NCBI GenBank assembly: GCA_043800755.1
Contig: JAZDMQ010000034.1
Coordinates: 2,656 to 66,655, forward strand
Length of the DNA: 64,000 nucleotides
DNA from: a bacterium
Lineage (GTDB): Bacteria > Methylomirabilota > Methylomirabilia > CAVQYV01
Reading direction: 5' to 3'
Position numbers and translations under genes: made by a program. Of the stretch, positions 9,241 to 19,949 are shown in pieces (positions within the stretch are counted from its first letter, which is position 1; each line of letters begins with the position of its first letter). Under the pieces are notes generated by a model. It searched no databases. It was given only the letters and a program-made list of their open reading frames with translations, and was not told where the DNA came from.

Positions 9241-11796
9241 TCATAACAGGGCCTTTCTGGTGATCTTCAGGCCCAAGACTAACTGATCGGCCTCATCCTC
9301 GTCAAGATAATTTGAAAGGAACCGGGCCATCACCTTTCGGGGGCTAATGCCACCTTCCGAGCTGATCCTCAGGGTCAGCCCCCAAGAGGGGGGAGTTACA
9401 CCTTCCTGTAGAAAGAACTCCACCAGCAAGGGCTTGATGTCGGTGATGACCTCCCGTTCCTTCCGTTTAATGCGCGTGGGGAGGGCCCCCTCGCTGAGAA
9501 AGGCCCGCGGCGCATCGGACGAGAGCAGGAGAGGGTGTCTTGCCTTCCATTCTTCGGCCAGGCCTGCCTCCAGGCAGATGGCATAGCCAGCCTTAGAGAG
9601 AACAAGCTCCAGGGGACGGCTGGTTGATGGAACCTCCTCTATGTCCAGGACCGAGAGACCCCGGGGCAGATGCCGGTTGAGACACTCCCTCATCCCGGCC
9701 AGGGGACCTACCCCTTCCAGCTCCATCTCTCCCCGCTCCGCCTCCCCAGACACCCCTACCGGCAAAGCCCATGCGATCGTCAGGCGAGGTTGAGGATGAA
9801 AGCCTTGAGAATAGGCGATGGGGATGCTGGCGCGACGCAGGGCACGGGCAAAAGCCCGCAGCAGCTCCAGGTGGGAAAGGTAACGCACTTCCTCCCCTTT
9901 CTGAAAGCTGAAGCGAACCCTGGTCTTTTCTCGAGGAGGCTGCACCCCTCCTTTCGGTCCAATGTCCTCGAGGGATAGGGGCGCGGGGGCAGGGGGCCGC
10001 CTTCCGGGAGGACAACCGATCCCGCAGTTGAGGCACCGGTCAAATTGGCAATCCGGACTGCCCTCCCCCGCTAGGGCCTTCTGGTACTCCCTCAGCAGGA
10101 AATCCTTGCTCAGGCCAGCGGAGATGTGATCCCAGGGCAAGGGTGCCTGGGGGTCAAATTGCCGATAGCTGTAAGATCCAGGATCGATATCCGAATCCGA
10201 GAAGACCGCCTGCCACAGGCCATAACGGAGCTGATCGGTCCAGCCATCGAAACGACAGCCCAAGGAATGGGCCCGGAGGAGAGCCTGGCCCAAGGCCCGA
10301 TCTCCCCGGGAGAAGACGGCTTCCAGAAAGCTCATCTCCGGCAATTGCCATTTGAGCTCCAAGGAATGGCCTCGCACCTGTTCCCGGAGGAGCCGATGTT
10401 TTTCTTTCAACTCATCGATAGGGGCCTGGCCCGCCCACTGAAAGGGGGTATGGGGCTTGGGGATGAAGGAGGAGATGCTGACGGTCAGGCGAAAATTACC
10501 CTTGCCCCTTTCTCTCTTTCCCGCCCGGACTGCCTCCCGAGCTAGGCGGGCAATCTCCAGCAGGTCTTCCTCCTTCTCCGTCGGCAGGCCGATCATGAAG
10601 TAGAGCTTCATCCCTTCCCATCCGGCAGAGGCTGCTGCCCGTACTGCCTCCAGCACCGATTCTTCGCTGAGCCCCTTGTTAATCACATCTCTGAGCCGTT
10701 GGCTTCCCGCCTCGGGAGCGAGGGTCAGGCCGGTTTTGCGGACCCTCTTGATCTGGTTCAGGATCTTCAGGCTCAGGCCATCCACCCGGATGGAAGGGAG
10801 GGAGAGGGAGATTTTCTGCCCTTCCAGATGTGCCATGAGGAGCGGGAGCAGTGCCTCCAGACAGCTGTGATCGGTGGTGTTGAGGGAAAAGAGAGACACC
10901 TCCTCATACCCTGTCTCCCTGAGGGAGCGAAGGACCAGATCCTGGATGCACTCGGCCGAACGCTCCCGGATGGGGCGAAAGACCATCCCGGCCTGACAGA
11001 ACCGGCATCCCTGAGAGCATCCCCTGCCCACTTCAATGTTGGCTCGGTCGTGGACGATCTCCATAAAGGGAACTACGAAGGCGGTGGGATGGGGAGCCGC
11101 GTCGAGGTCGGCGATCAACCGTTTCTCGATGACCCTGCCCGGTTGATGCACCGCCGGACAGTAGATCCCGGGGTAGCGGCACAGGCGTTCGAGAAGCGCC
11201 TCCCTCCCCCTTCCTGATCCTTTCCAGGACAGGTATTCCTGGGCCACCTCCAGGATGGCTTCCTCTGCCTCTCCGATCACGAAGAGATCGATGAAGTCCG
11301 CCAGCGGCTCAGGGTTGAAGGCACAGGGCCCCCCGGCGATGAGGAGAGGATATCTCTCATCCCTCTGCTCCCTGCCCGGTGGGATCCCGGCTAGGTCTAA
11401 CATGTTCAAGACATTAGTATAGGAGAGCTCATACTGCAGGGTAAAGCCCAGGATGTCGAAGGAGGACAGCGGAAGGCCGGATTCGTGGCTGGAGAGCGGA
11501 AGGCCCTTGCGCCGCAGCAGGAGTTCGGCGTCGATCCAGGGAGAAAAGACCCGTTCTGCCAGAATCTGGGGATGACTATTCAGGATCTGATAGAGGATCT
11601 TCAGGCCGAGATGGGACATCCCGATCTCGTAGGCGTCGGGAAAGGCGAGGGCCACCTTTAAGCGCACCGCAGATGGGTCTTTATGGATCGCATTGTGCTC
11701 CCCGCCCAGGTAGCGGGAGGGCCGGCTCACGAAGGGGAGGATTTCGGTGTCTCGGATACGGATGGCATCGCCCATGAAGAGGTATCGTAACGGCAT
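9241..11796 (-). CDS. fused B12-binding/radical-SAM protein (TIGR03960-like) plus DUF2344/TIGR03936-like C-terminal domain
   Basis: 851 aa. CxxxCxxC-type radical SAM core (GCSQGCRFCQAG). N-terminal B12-binding-like region. C-terminal ~230 aa resembles DUF2344. Typical gene neighbour of rng. Confidence 0.7.
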   Translation of the reverse strand: MPLRYLFMGDAIRIRDTEILPFVSRPSRYLGGEHNAIHKDPSAVRLKVALAFPDAYEIGMSHLGLKILYQILNSHPQILAERVFSPWIDAELLLRRKGLPLSSHESGLPLSSFDILGFTLQYELSYTNVLNMLDLAGIPPGREQRDERYPLLIAGGPCAFNPEPLADFIDLFVIGEAEEAILEVAQEYLSWKGSGRGREALLERLCRYPGIYCPAVHQPGRVIEKRLIADLDAAPHPTAFVVPFMEIVHDRANIEVGRGCSQGCRFCQAGMVFRPIRERSAECIQDLVLRSLRETGYEEVSLFSLNTTDHSCLEALLPLLMAHLEGQKISLSLPSIRVDGLSLKILNQIKRVRKTGLTLAPEAGSQRLRDVINKGLSEESVLEAVRAAASAGWEGMKLYFMIGLPTEKEEDLLEIARLAREAVRAGKRERGKGNFRLTVSISSFIPKPHTPFQWAGQAPIDELKEKHRLLREQVRGHSLELKWQLPEMSFLEAVFSRGDRALGQALLRAHSLGCRFDGWTDQLRYGLWQAVFSDSDIDPGSYSYRQFDPQAPLPWDHISAGLSKDFLLREYQKALAGEGSPDCQFDRCLNCGIGCPPGRRPPAPAPLSLEDIGPKGGVQPPREKTRVRFSFQKGEEVRYLSHLELLRAFARALRRASIPIAYSQGFHPQPRLTIAWALPVGVSGEAERGEMELEGVGPLAGMRECLNRHLPRGLSVLDIEEVPSTSRPLELVLSKAGYAICLEAGLAEEWKARHPLLLSSDAPRAFLSEGALPTRIKRKEREVITDIKPLLVEFFLQEGVTPPSWGLTLRISSEGGISPRKVMARFLSNYLDEDEADQLVLGLKITRKALL

Positions 11797-11907
11797 CCCC
11801 GGCCGGCAGGGGGGTTAGCGAGCGAATATGGAAAATCCTTGGGCTGGGCAACCAAAAAACAGGAGGAAATGGGCCTCATTCCCTCCCGAGATGAATTGGA
11901 ATGAACT

Positions 11908-12195
11908 CTATTCAGACTTGGTCTCTCCCTGGGGGGTGGATTTGGCCTCCGCGGGGGCCTTCTTTCCAGCGCCATCCCCGTTCCCCTTTTCCGCCTTCAT
12001 CCCCCTTTTGCGGTCCGGGCTGGGGAATTCACTGACATACCAACCCCCGCCCTTGAAGACCAGGGCCGGAGCCGAAAGAAGCCTCTGCACGACCGAGGAA
12101 CACCGGGGACACTCTTTGATTGGCTCATCCGAAAACTTCTGCAGGACCTCAAAGGTGTGCCCGCAGCTCCCGCAGTGATACTCATAAATCGGCAT
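11908..12195 (-). CDS. FmdB-family zinc-ribbon regulatory protein
   Basis: MPIYEYHCGSCGHTFEVLQKFSDEPIKECPRCSS..., CxxC...CxxC zinc ribbon with an acidic/lysine-rich tail. Confidence 0.7.
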   Translation of the reverse strand: MPIYEYHCGSCGHTFEVLQKFSDEPIKECPRCSSVVQRLLSAPALVFKGGGWYVSEFPSPDRKRGMKAEKGNGDGAGKKAPAEAKSTPQGETKSE

Positions 12196-12249
12196 CTCTT
12201 ACTTCACCTCCACCACACCTGAGGGATGCCCACCAGCCCCTCAGATCGT

Positions 12250-13515
12250 TCAATCATAGACAACAATGACCCTTGATTTCTCCAGGAAATTGGAGACGGA
12301 GACCGCGGCCACGATGGTGGCCGCATCCGGATCGGGAATGACGACATCGGTCCTCTCTTTGCCCACCGCCTTGATCCCCTTCACCAGGAGCGGCTTGTCG
12401 GTAACCCGGATATTCCGCTGGGCAGCGGAAACATCCTTGGCGTAACCCACCAGTCCTTGCTCCAGGGCACTCTGTCGGCCAACCTGTCTGGTGCTGTAAA
12501 CCTCATTGCCCCCTTCATCGAAGATGCGGGGAAGCAAGGCGGGTTTCAGGCCCAGGCCTCGCGCATCAACCACCAGGCCGGTGGCCATCACCGGGGCAGG
12601 GGTGGGGGGCAGCTTTGCCTCGACCGGCTTCTTCTCCTCCGGGGCAGGAACCTTTTTCTCCTCTGTCTTTCCTGCAACTGACGGAGGCTGTGTCGGGGAG
12701 ACCTCAGGCCGGAGAGGTACGGGAGGCTGAGTAGGGGCAACCTCGGGAGCCGGCGATGCCTTCTCCGTAGCGGGGCGGCCGACGACTTCGGTTTTCTTGG
12801 CGGACGGTTCCCCTTCCCGCTTTTCGGCCGGCGAGGGGGACGAGGACTCAATCTTGGGACGGACTTCCTCCTTCTTCCCCTCCTCTCTTGCCGCCTTGGG
12901 CACGGCGGAGGGGGCTGTTGCGATCGGAGTCGGCTCTTTGAGCGCCTCCTTGGCCGGAGGAGCAGTCTGCTCCCTCATCGCCGGGGGAGCCTGGCTGGCT
13001 GGCTTCTCTGGAGGCCGCTTTTCCCGGGGGGGGGAAGGCAAGGCCGGAGTGGCCAAGAAGAGGGAGGTGGGCATCAAGATCGAGGCCAGCTCCCCCCTCA
13101 CATAGACCCCGACCGTCACTTCGATGGAGCCATCGGAAAAGTATTTGGTTTGCATCACCTGGGAACCTTGAAGGATGCCGCTTACTTGAGTTTTGATGAC
13201 ATCGCTCGAGACAATGAAATTCTCCACCGTGGTGGCTGAGTCGATCCTGACCCCCTTGAGAACCTCCAAGAGGTTGCGGCGGGCGACCGTTATCGCCGCC
13301 CTCTGGGTCATGGCCCGGACCTGGGCCGGGTTCTTGAGATCTTTGGGAGGGGCCCCAATGCCGTTGGCGGTCAGGAGCCCCAAGCTCCAGTTGATCCTTC
13401 CCTCCCCCACATTCTCAATCAGGTCCGCCGCCCAGGAGGCGGGAGCCTGCAATAGGAGCAAAGAAAGCCACAACAACGCGCTGAGCAGGGCTCTCCAGGA
13501 AAGATCCTTCCTCAT
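12250..13515 (-). CDS. secreted proline-rich repeat protein (hypothetical)
   Basis: Signal peptide MRKDLSWRALLSALLWLSLLLLQAPASWA. ~170-aa Pro/Ala/Glu/Lys-rich linker with repeats (PEVAPTQPPVP / PEVSPTQPPSV). Structured N- and C-terminal domains. Confidence 0.5.
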   Translation of the reverse strand: MRKDLSWRALLSALLWLSLLLLQAPASWAADLIENVGEGRINWSLGLLTANGIGAPPKDLKNPAQVRAMTQRAAITVARRNLLEVLKGVRIDSATTVENFIVSSDVIKTQVSGILQGSQVMQTKYFSDGSIEVTVGVYVRGELASILMPTSLFLATPALPSPPREKRPPEKPASQAPPAMREQTAPPAKEALKEPTPIATAPSAVPKAAREEGKKEEVRPKIESSSPSPAEKREGEPSAKKTEVVGRPATEKASPAPEVAPTQPPVPLRPEVSPTQPPSVAGKTEEKKVPAPEEKKPVEAKLPPTPAPVMATGLVVDARGLGLKPALLPRIFDEGGNEVYSTRQVGRQSALEQGLVGYAKDVSAAQRNIRVTDKPLLVKGIKAVGKERTDVVIPDPDAATIVAAVSVSNFLEKSRVIVVYD

Positions 13516-13540
13516 GTTCCTCTCTCTCCTTTAAGGAATG

Positions 13541-13588
13541 AAATCCCTTGATAAAATAAGGCATGCCACCCTTTTTGTCAAGGGATTT
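13541..13588. promoter_or_regulatory. 16-bp inverted repeat AAATCCCTTGATAAAA-N16-TTTTGTCAAGGGATTT upstream of the gap promoter
   Basis: Arms at 13541..13556 and 13573..13588 match 15/16 as reverse complements. Lies between divergent genes, just upstream of the -35 element. Confidence 0.35.
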
Positions 13589-13602
13589 TGTCCCGGGAGG
13601 GC

Positions 13603-14710
<1,108 letters not shown>

Positions 14711-14720
14711 GGGGTCAGCA

Positions 14721-15911
14721 ATGGAAAAGATCGGCATCGATCAACTGGACCTCAAGGCCAAGAGAGTCCTGATCCGGGTGGACTTCAATGTGCCTTTGAA
14801 TGCCTCCCTGCAGATCACGGATGATACGCGCATCCGGGCCTCCCTCCCCACCATCTCCTATGCCATTGGCCAGGGGGCCAAGGTCATCCTGCTCTCCCAT
14901 CTGGGTCGTCCCAAAGGGAAGGTCGTGCCGGAGATGAGCCTGAATCCGGTGGCATCCCGCCTGGCAGAACTCCTGGGAAAGGGCGTCAAGATGGCCAAGG
15001 ACTGCATTGGCGAGGAGGTGAAGGCTGAGATCGGGCGCATGCGGGAAGGAGAGGTCCTCCTCTTAGAGAACTGCCGCTTCCACCAAGGGGACGAGGAGAA
15101 CGACGAGGTCTTCTCCCGGGCCCTGGCGGGGTTGGCCGATCTCTATGTCAATGACGCCTTTGGCACCGCCCACCGCGCTCACGCCTCTACCGTCGGGGTG
15201 ACGCGCTTCCTGCCGGTCTCTGCCGCTGGATTCTTGATGCAGAAGGAGATCCAATACCTGGGAAAGGTGGTCTCTAACCCGGATCGGCCGTTCATCGCCA
15301 TCCTGGGGGGGGCGAAGGTCTCGGATAAGATTGGGGTGATCAAGAACTTGATGGGCAAGGTGGACACCCTGCTCATTGGCGGGGCGATGGCCTACACCTT
15401 CGAAAAGGCCCAGGGGCTATCCACTGGCTCTTCTCTGGTCGAGGAAGAGAAAGTAGGCCTGGCGAAAGAGCTCTTGGACCAGGCCGCCTGCCGCAAAGTA
15501 AGGCTCCTGTTGCCCCTCGACCATGTGGTGGCGGAGGCGGCAGAGCCCGGGGCCAAAACCCAGACCGTGGGGAGGGGGGAAATCCCCGCCGGCTGGAAGG
15601 GCCTGGATGTCGGGCCCCGTACGATTGAGGCCTATTCGAGAGAGATCCAGACGGCCAAGACCATTTTGTGGAACGGTCCATTGGGCGTCTTTGAGGTAGA
15701 GCCCTTCAGCCGCGGGACATTGGCAATCGCCCAGGCGATTGCCTCATCCTCGGCCGTCTCCGTCATCGGAGGCGGAGATTCGGTGGCTGCGGTCAGCCAG
15801 GCCAAGGTGGTGGACAAGATCTCTCACATCTCCACCGGGGGAGGGGCCTCTCTCGAATTCCTGGAGGGGATTGAACTGCCGGGCATCGCCGCTCTGACCG
15901 ACAAGAAATAG
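14721..15911 (+). CDS. pgk: phosphoglycerate kinase
   Basis: 396 aa with the canonical PGK pattern (RVDFNVPL..., GGGASLEFLEG). Confidence 0.95.
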   Translation: MEKIGIDQLDLKAKRVLIRVDFNVPLNASLQITDDTRIRASLPTISYAIGQGAKVILLSHLGRPKGKVVPEMSLNPVASRLAELLGKGVKMAKDCIGEEVKAEIGRMREGEVLLLENCRFHQGDEENDEVFSRALAGLADLYVNDAFGTAHRAHASTVGVTRFLPVSAAGFLMQKEIQYLGKVVSNPDRPFIAILGGAKVSDKIGVIKNLMGKVDTLLIGGAMAYTFEKAQGLSTGSSLVEEEKVGLAKELLDQAACRKVRLLLPLDHVVAEAAEPGAKTQTVGRGEIPAGWKGLDVGPRTIEAYSREIQTAKTILWNGPLGVFEVEPFSRGTLAIAQAIASSSAVSVIGGGDSVAAVSQAKVVDKISHISTGGGASLEFLEGIELPGIAALTDKK

Positions 15912-16006
15912 TCCGTTAGCCATTGGTCGAGGGTCCGAAGACGCGCCCTTAGGTTGCTTTTTGCAGGGGCGGGCTTCGGAATCCATCAGTGAGGACAAAC
16001 CGGAAG

Positions 16007-16780
16007 ATGCGCATTCCCATCGTCGCCGGCAATTGGAAGATGAACAAGACGGTCATCCAGGCCCTTGACCTGGTGAGCAAGCTGAAGGACGCCTGCAAAG
16101 GCCTTCAGGGTGTACAGGTTGTGGTTTGTCCGCCCTTTACTGCCCTGCAACCGGTCTCTCAAGTCCTCTCTGCCTCCTCCATCCGCCTGGGGGCTCAAGA
16201 TCTTTATTGGGAAGCCCGCGGGGCCTTTACCGGTGAGATTTCCGCCGAGATGATCAAGGACGTGGGATGTGACTTCGTGATCTTGGGACATTCGGAGAGG
16301 AGAGGGTACTTTCACGAGGGCAATCTCGAGGTGAGTAGAAAAATCGCCGCTGCCCAATCCCAGGGTCTGATCCCCATTGTCTGCGTGGGAGAGACCCTTA
16401 GGGAGAGGGAGGAGAACCGGACCTTCTCCGTGATCGAGGAACAGGTCCGAGGCTGCCTTTCCTCCTGGGTTCCTTCTCAGAAGGAATCCCTGGTCATCGC
16501 TTATGAGCCGGTATGGGCAATCGGCACCGGGAGGAATGCCACCCCCGACCAGGCCAACGAGGCTCATACCTTCATCCGGCAGCTCTTGCGCGACCTCTTC
16601 GGAGAGGAGGCGAGCGCCCGCATGCACATCCTCTACGGCGGGTCAGTCAACCCCAAGAACATCTCGGCCCTGGCCGCCCAGCCCGAGCTGGATGGCGCGC
16701 TGGTGGGAGGGGCAAGCCTCGATGCGGAATCCTTTGCGCAAATCGTAAGATCTTCCATGAAATCGCCCCATGGATCTTAG
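16007..16780 (+). CDS. tpiA: triosephosphate isomerase
   Basis: MRIPIVAGNWKMN..., IAYEPVWAIGTG, GGSV. Internal Met chosen over the upstream start at 15989. Confidence 0.9.
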   Translation: MRIPIVAGNWKMNKTVIQALDLVSKLKDACKGLQGVQVVVCPPFTALQPVSQVLSASSIRLGAQDLYWEARGAFTGEISAEMIKDVGCDFVILGHSERRGYFHEGNLEVSRKIAAAQSQGLIPIVCVGETLREREENRTFSVIEEQVRGCLSSWVPSQKESLVIAYEPVWAIGTGRNATPDQANEAHTFIRQLLRDLFGEEASARMHILYGGSVNPKNISALAAQPELDGALVGGASLDAESFAQIVRSSMKSPHGS

Positions 16781-16792
16781 GAGGAGGAAAGA

Positions 16793-17143
16793 ATGTATCT
16801 GGCACTTTCGATCGTCCACTTGATGATGTGTTTCATCTTGATCCTCATCGTCCTGCTGCAGTCCGGAAAGGGCGCTCAGATGGGGAGCGCCTTTGGCAGC
16901 GGGGCGAGCCAAACCATCTTCGGCACCCGCGGGACCGCTACTTTCTTGAACAAGCTGACTACGGTGGCGGCGATCGTCTTCATGCTGACCTCCCTTTCTC
17001 TGGCCATCATTGCCTCCCAACGCTTTGGCACCTCTGTCGTCCGAGAGGAGACCAGCCCGGCCTCCCAGGCCCCGGCACCCATGACTTCCCCGGACAAGTC
17101 CCCGACTTCCCCCGCCGCTCCTGCCTCGCCGGCCCGACACTGA
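16793..17143 (+). CDS. secG: preprotein translocase subunit SecG
   Basis: Two-TM small protein LIVLLQSGKGAQMGSAFGSGASQTIFG with a Pro/Ser-rich tail. Conserved position after tpiA. Confidence 0.8.
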   Translation: MYLALSIVHLMMCFILILIVLLQSGKGAQMGSAFGSGASQTIFGTRGTATFLNKLTTVAAIVFMLTSLSLAIIASQRFGTSVVREETSPASQAPAPMTSPDKSPTSPAAPASPARH

Positions 17144-17281
17144 TCGGAGATGGGCAAAGACGTAAAGAACCCTGTGCTTCCGCACAGGGCATTAAAGACC
17201 AAAGCAAACTTCAAAAGCCCTTACGGCAAGCGGAACCCTTTCCTCCCCGTGCTTCCGCAAGGGGTATCCAGGGTGTCTTTC

Positions 17282-18931
17282 ATGAATTGGCGGCTACGAG
17301 GATGTCGCCTGTTGCCCTGCCTGCTCCTGGTGGGCCTCTCTCTTCTCTCTTGTGCCCAAAAGGAACCTTCCCTCTCAGCAGGTTCGGTTGATTATCTCCG
17401 GGATGGGGAGCCAGCGGCGGGAGACACGATCATCCTGGGCTCCATCGGAGATGCCAGCAGCATGATCCCCAATGTCACCGGGGATTCCGCTTCTCACGAG
17501 ATCGGCAGCTTCCTCTACAATGGCCTGGTGAAATATGACAAAGATTACCACATCGTAGGGGATCTGGCCGAATCCTGGGAGGTGTCCCCCGACGAGCTTT
17601 CGATCACCTTTCATCTCCGCAAAGGAGTGAAGTGGCACGATGGAAGAGAATTCACGGCCGATGATCTCATGTTCACCTATCGATTCATGACCGATCCCCG
17701 GACCCCCACCCCCTACGCCGGGGATTTCCTTTTGGTCAAGGCTGCAGAGGTCCTAGACCGGTATACCTTCAGGGTCCATTACGCCAAGCCCTTTGCCCCC
17801 GCCCTCATCAGTTGGGGGATGTGGGTTCTCCCCAAACATCTGCTGGAAGGGAAGGACGTCCGCCAAAGCCCGTTAAATCATCACCCTGTGGGCACCGGCT
17901 CCTACCTCTTCCGGCAATGGAAGACGGGCGAAAAGATCGAACTGGAGGCCAATCCCAACTATTTTGAGGGGCGGCCCTACATTCAACGCCTCATCTATCG
18001 CATCATTCCCGACTCGGCTACCCTTTTTCTGGAACTGAAGGCTGGGGGCGTGGATTGGAGCAGCCTCTCCCCGCTGCAATACCAGAAGCAAACGGATATC
18101 GAGCTATTCCGCCGAAGCTTTCGCAAATACCGTCACCTGGCCAACGGCTACACCTACCTGGGGCTCAACTTGAAGGATCCACGCTTTCAGGATAGAAGGG
18201 TAAGGCAGGCCCTTGCCTATGCCATTGATAAGCAGGAAATCATCAAGGTGGTGCTCCTCGGCCTGGGAATCGAGGCCACCGGCCCCTACAAGCCCGATAC
18301 CTGGGTATACAATCCTCGGACCAAGAGATACCCCTATGACCCAGATCGAGCGAAGAAGCTGCTGGCGGAGGCGGGATGGAAGGACGAGGATGGAGACGGG
18401 GTCCTGGAAAAGGACGGGCGACCCTTCCGCTTTGCCATTCTGACCAATCAGGGGAATGAAGAGCGGAAGATGACGGCAGAAATCATCCAGAAGCGGCTGG
18501 AGAGAATCGGCATCCAGGTGGAGATTCGCGTTGCCGAGTGGGCCTCCTTCATCAACTATTTCATCAAGAATCGTCGGTTTGAGACCGTGCTCCTCGGATG
18601 GGCCACCGGACAGGACCCCGACCTCTATGACATCTGGCATTCGAGCAAGACCCTGCCCGATGAATTCAATTTCGTCTCCTATCAAAACCAGGAAGTGGAT
18701 CGGCTGATCGAGGAGGGACGGCACACCTTCGACCAGAAACACCGCAAGGCCTGCTACGACCGGATCCAGGAGATCCTGGCGGAGGATCAGCCCTACATCT
18801 TTCTCTATACCCCCTTCGCCCTCCCGGTCATCCACGCCCGCTTCAAGGGAATCGCGCCGGCACCAGCCGGGATCTCGTATAATTTCATCCAGTGGTATGT
18901 CCCAAAAGACCAACAACGGTACACCCAGTAG
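17282..18931 (+). CDS. ABC transporter substrate-binding lipoprotein, peptide/nickel (family 5) type
   Basis: Lipoprotein signal MNWRLRGCRLLPCLLLVGLSLLSC. OppA/DppA-like body (~550 aa). Followed by two permease genes. Confidence 0.8.
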   Translation: MNWRLRGCRLLPCLLLVGLSLLSCAQKEPSLSAGSVDYLRDGEPAAGDTIILGSIGDASSMIPNVTGDSASHEIGSFLYNGLVKYDKDYHIVGDLAESWEVSPDELSITFHLRKGVKWHDGREFTADDLMFTYRFMTDPRTPTPYAGDFLLVKAAEVLDRYTFRVHYAKPFAPALISWGMWVLPKHLLEGKDVRQSPLNHHPVGTGSYLFRQWKTGEKIELEANPNYFEGRPYIQRLIYRIIPDSATLFLELKAGGVDWSSLSPLQYQKQTDIELFRRSFRKYRHLANGYTYLGLNLKDPRFQDRRVRQALAYAIDKQEIIKVVLLGLGIEATGPYKPDTWVYNPRTKRYPYDPDRAKKLLAEAGWKDEDGDGVLEKDGRPFRFAILTNQGNEERKMTAEIIQKRLERIGIQVEIRVAEWASFINYFIKNRRFETVLLGWATGQDPDLYDIWHSSKTLPDEFNFVSYQNQEVDRLIEEGRHTFDQKHRKACYDRIQEILAEDQPYIFLYTPFALPVIHARFKGIAPAPAGISYNFIQWYVPKDQQRYTQ

Positions 18932-18937
18932 GGCTCG

Positions 18938-19924
18938 ATGCTATTATACCACATCCTTAAGAGAATCCTGCTTTCCCTTCCCCTGCTGATCGGCATCACC
19001 TTCGTCTCCTTTGTGGTCATTCACCTGGCCCCCGGGGAGCCTGTTAGCCTCCAGACGGATTTGAATCCTCGGGTGAGTGCGGCCTCCAAGGCGCAGTTGA
19101 GGCATCTTTACGGTCTGGATGAACCCCTCCCCCTCCAATATCTGAAATGGGTGGGGCGGTCTTTTCGCCTGGACTTCGGAAGGTCCTTCTCCCCTGATGG
19201 GAGAAAGGTGACAGAGAAGATCGCGGAACGGATCCCGATCACCATACTCCTGAGCCTGCTGGAGATGCTGGTGATCTTGCTGGTGGCCATCCCCATCGGC
19301 ATCCTCTCCGCCACTCGCCAGTACTCCCTCTTCGACAAGGCCACGACCGTCTTCGTCTTCATCGGCTTCGCCATTCCTACCTTCTGGCTGGCCTTGCTCT
19401 GTATGAACCTCTTTGGCATCCATTTGGGTTGGCTGCCCATCTCTGGTTTGCAGTCACTGGATTATGCCCGGCTCAGCCTGGGGGGGAAGATCCTCGACCG
19501 CCTTCGGCACCTGATCCTTCCCGTCCTGGTGGGCTCCTTCGGGGGGCTGGCCGGTTTCTCCCGCTATATGCGATCCAACATGCTGGAGGTCATTCGCCAG
19601 GACTACATCCGGACGGCCCGGGCCAAGGGGCTTGCGGAGAGAACCGTGATCTACAAGCACGCACTGCGCAACGCCCTGTTGCCCGTGGTGACGATTCTCG
19701 GCCTCTCGGTCCCCAGCCTCATCGGTGGAGGAGTGATCTTCGAGACTATCTTCGCCATTCCCGGCATGGGGCAGCTCTTCTATAACAGCGTGATGTCCCG
19801 GGATTATCCGGTGATCATGGGAATCCTGGTCATTGGGGCAGCCCTGACCCTCTTGGGCAATCTCCTAGCGGACATCTCTTATGCTCTGGTTGATCCGCGG
19901 ATACGGCTGTCCAAGGGGCAATAG
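18938..19924 (+). CDS. ABC transporter permease (DppB/OppB-like)
   Basis: 328 aa, six-TM permease with an EAA-like loop ([24 protein letters not shown]). Confidence 0.8.
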   Translation: MLLYHILKRILLSLPLLIGITFVSFVVIHLAPGEPVSLQTDLNPRVSAASKAQLRHLYGLDEPLPLQYLKWVGRSFRLDFGRSFSPDGRKVTEKIAERIPITILLSLLEMLVILLVAIPIGILSATRQYSLFDKATTVFVFIGFAIPTFWLALLCMNLFGIHLGWLPISGLQSLDYARLSLGGKILDRLRHLILPVLVGSFGGLAGFSRYMRSNMLEVIRQDYIRTARAKGLAERTVIYKHALRNALLPVVTILGLSVPSLIGGGVIFETIFAIPGMGQLFYNSVMSRDYPVIMGILVIGAALTLLGNLLADISYALVDPRIRLSKGQ

Positions 19925-19949
19925 GCCACTGGCCGCTGAAAGGGAGGGA

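Noticed and set aside
16513-17391. 292-aa plus-strand ORF overlapping tpiA and secG in another frame
   Set aside because: Alternative-frame artefact. The tpiA and secG frames carry the conserved motifs.
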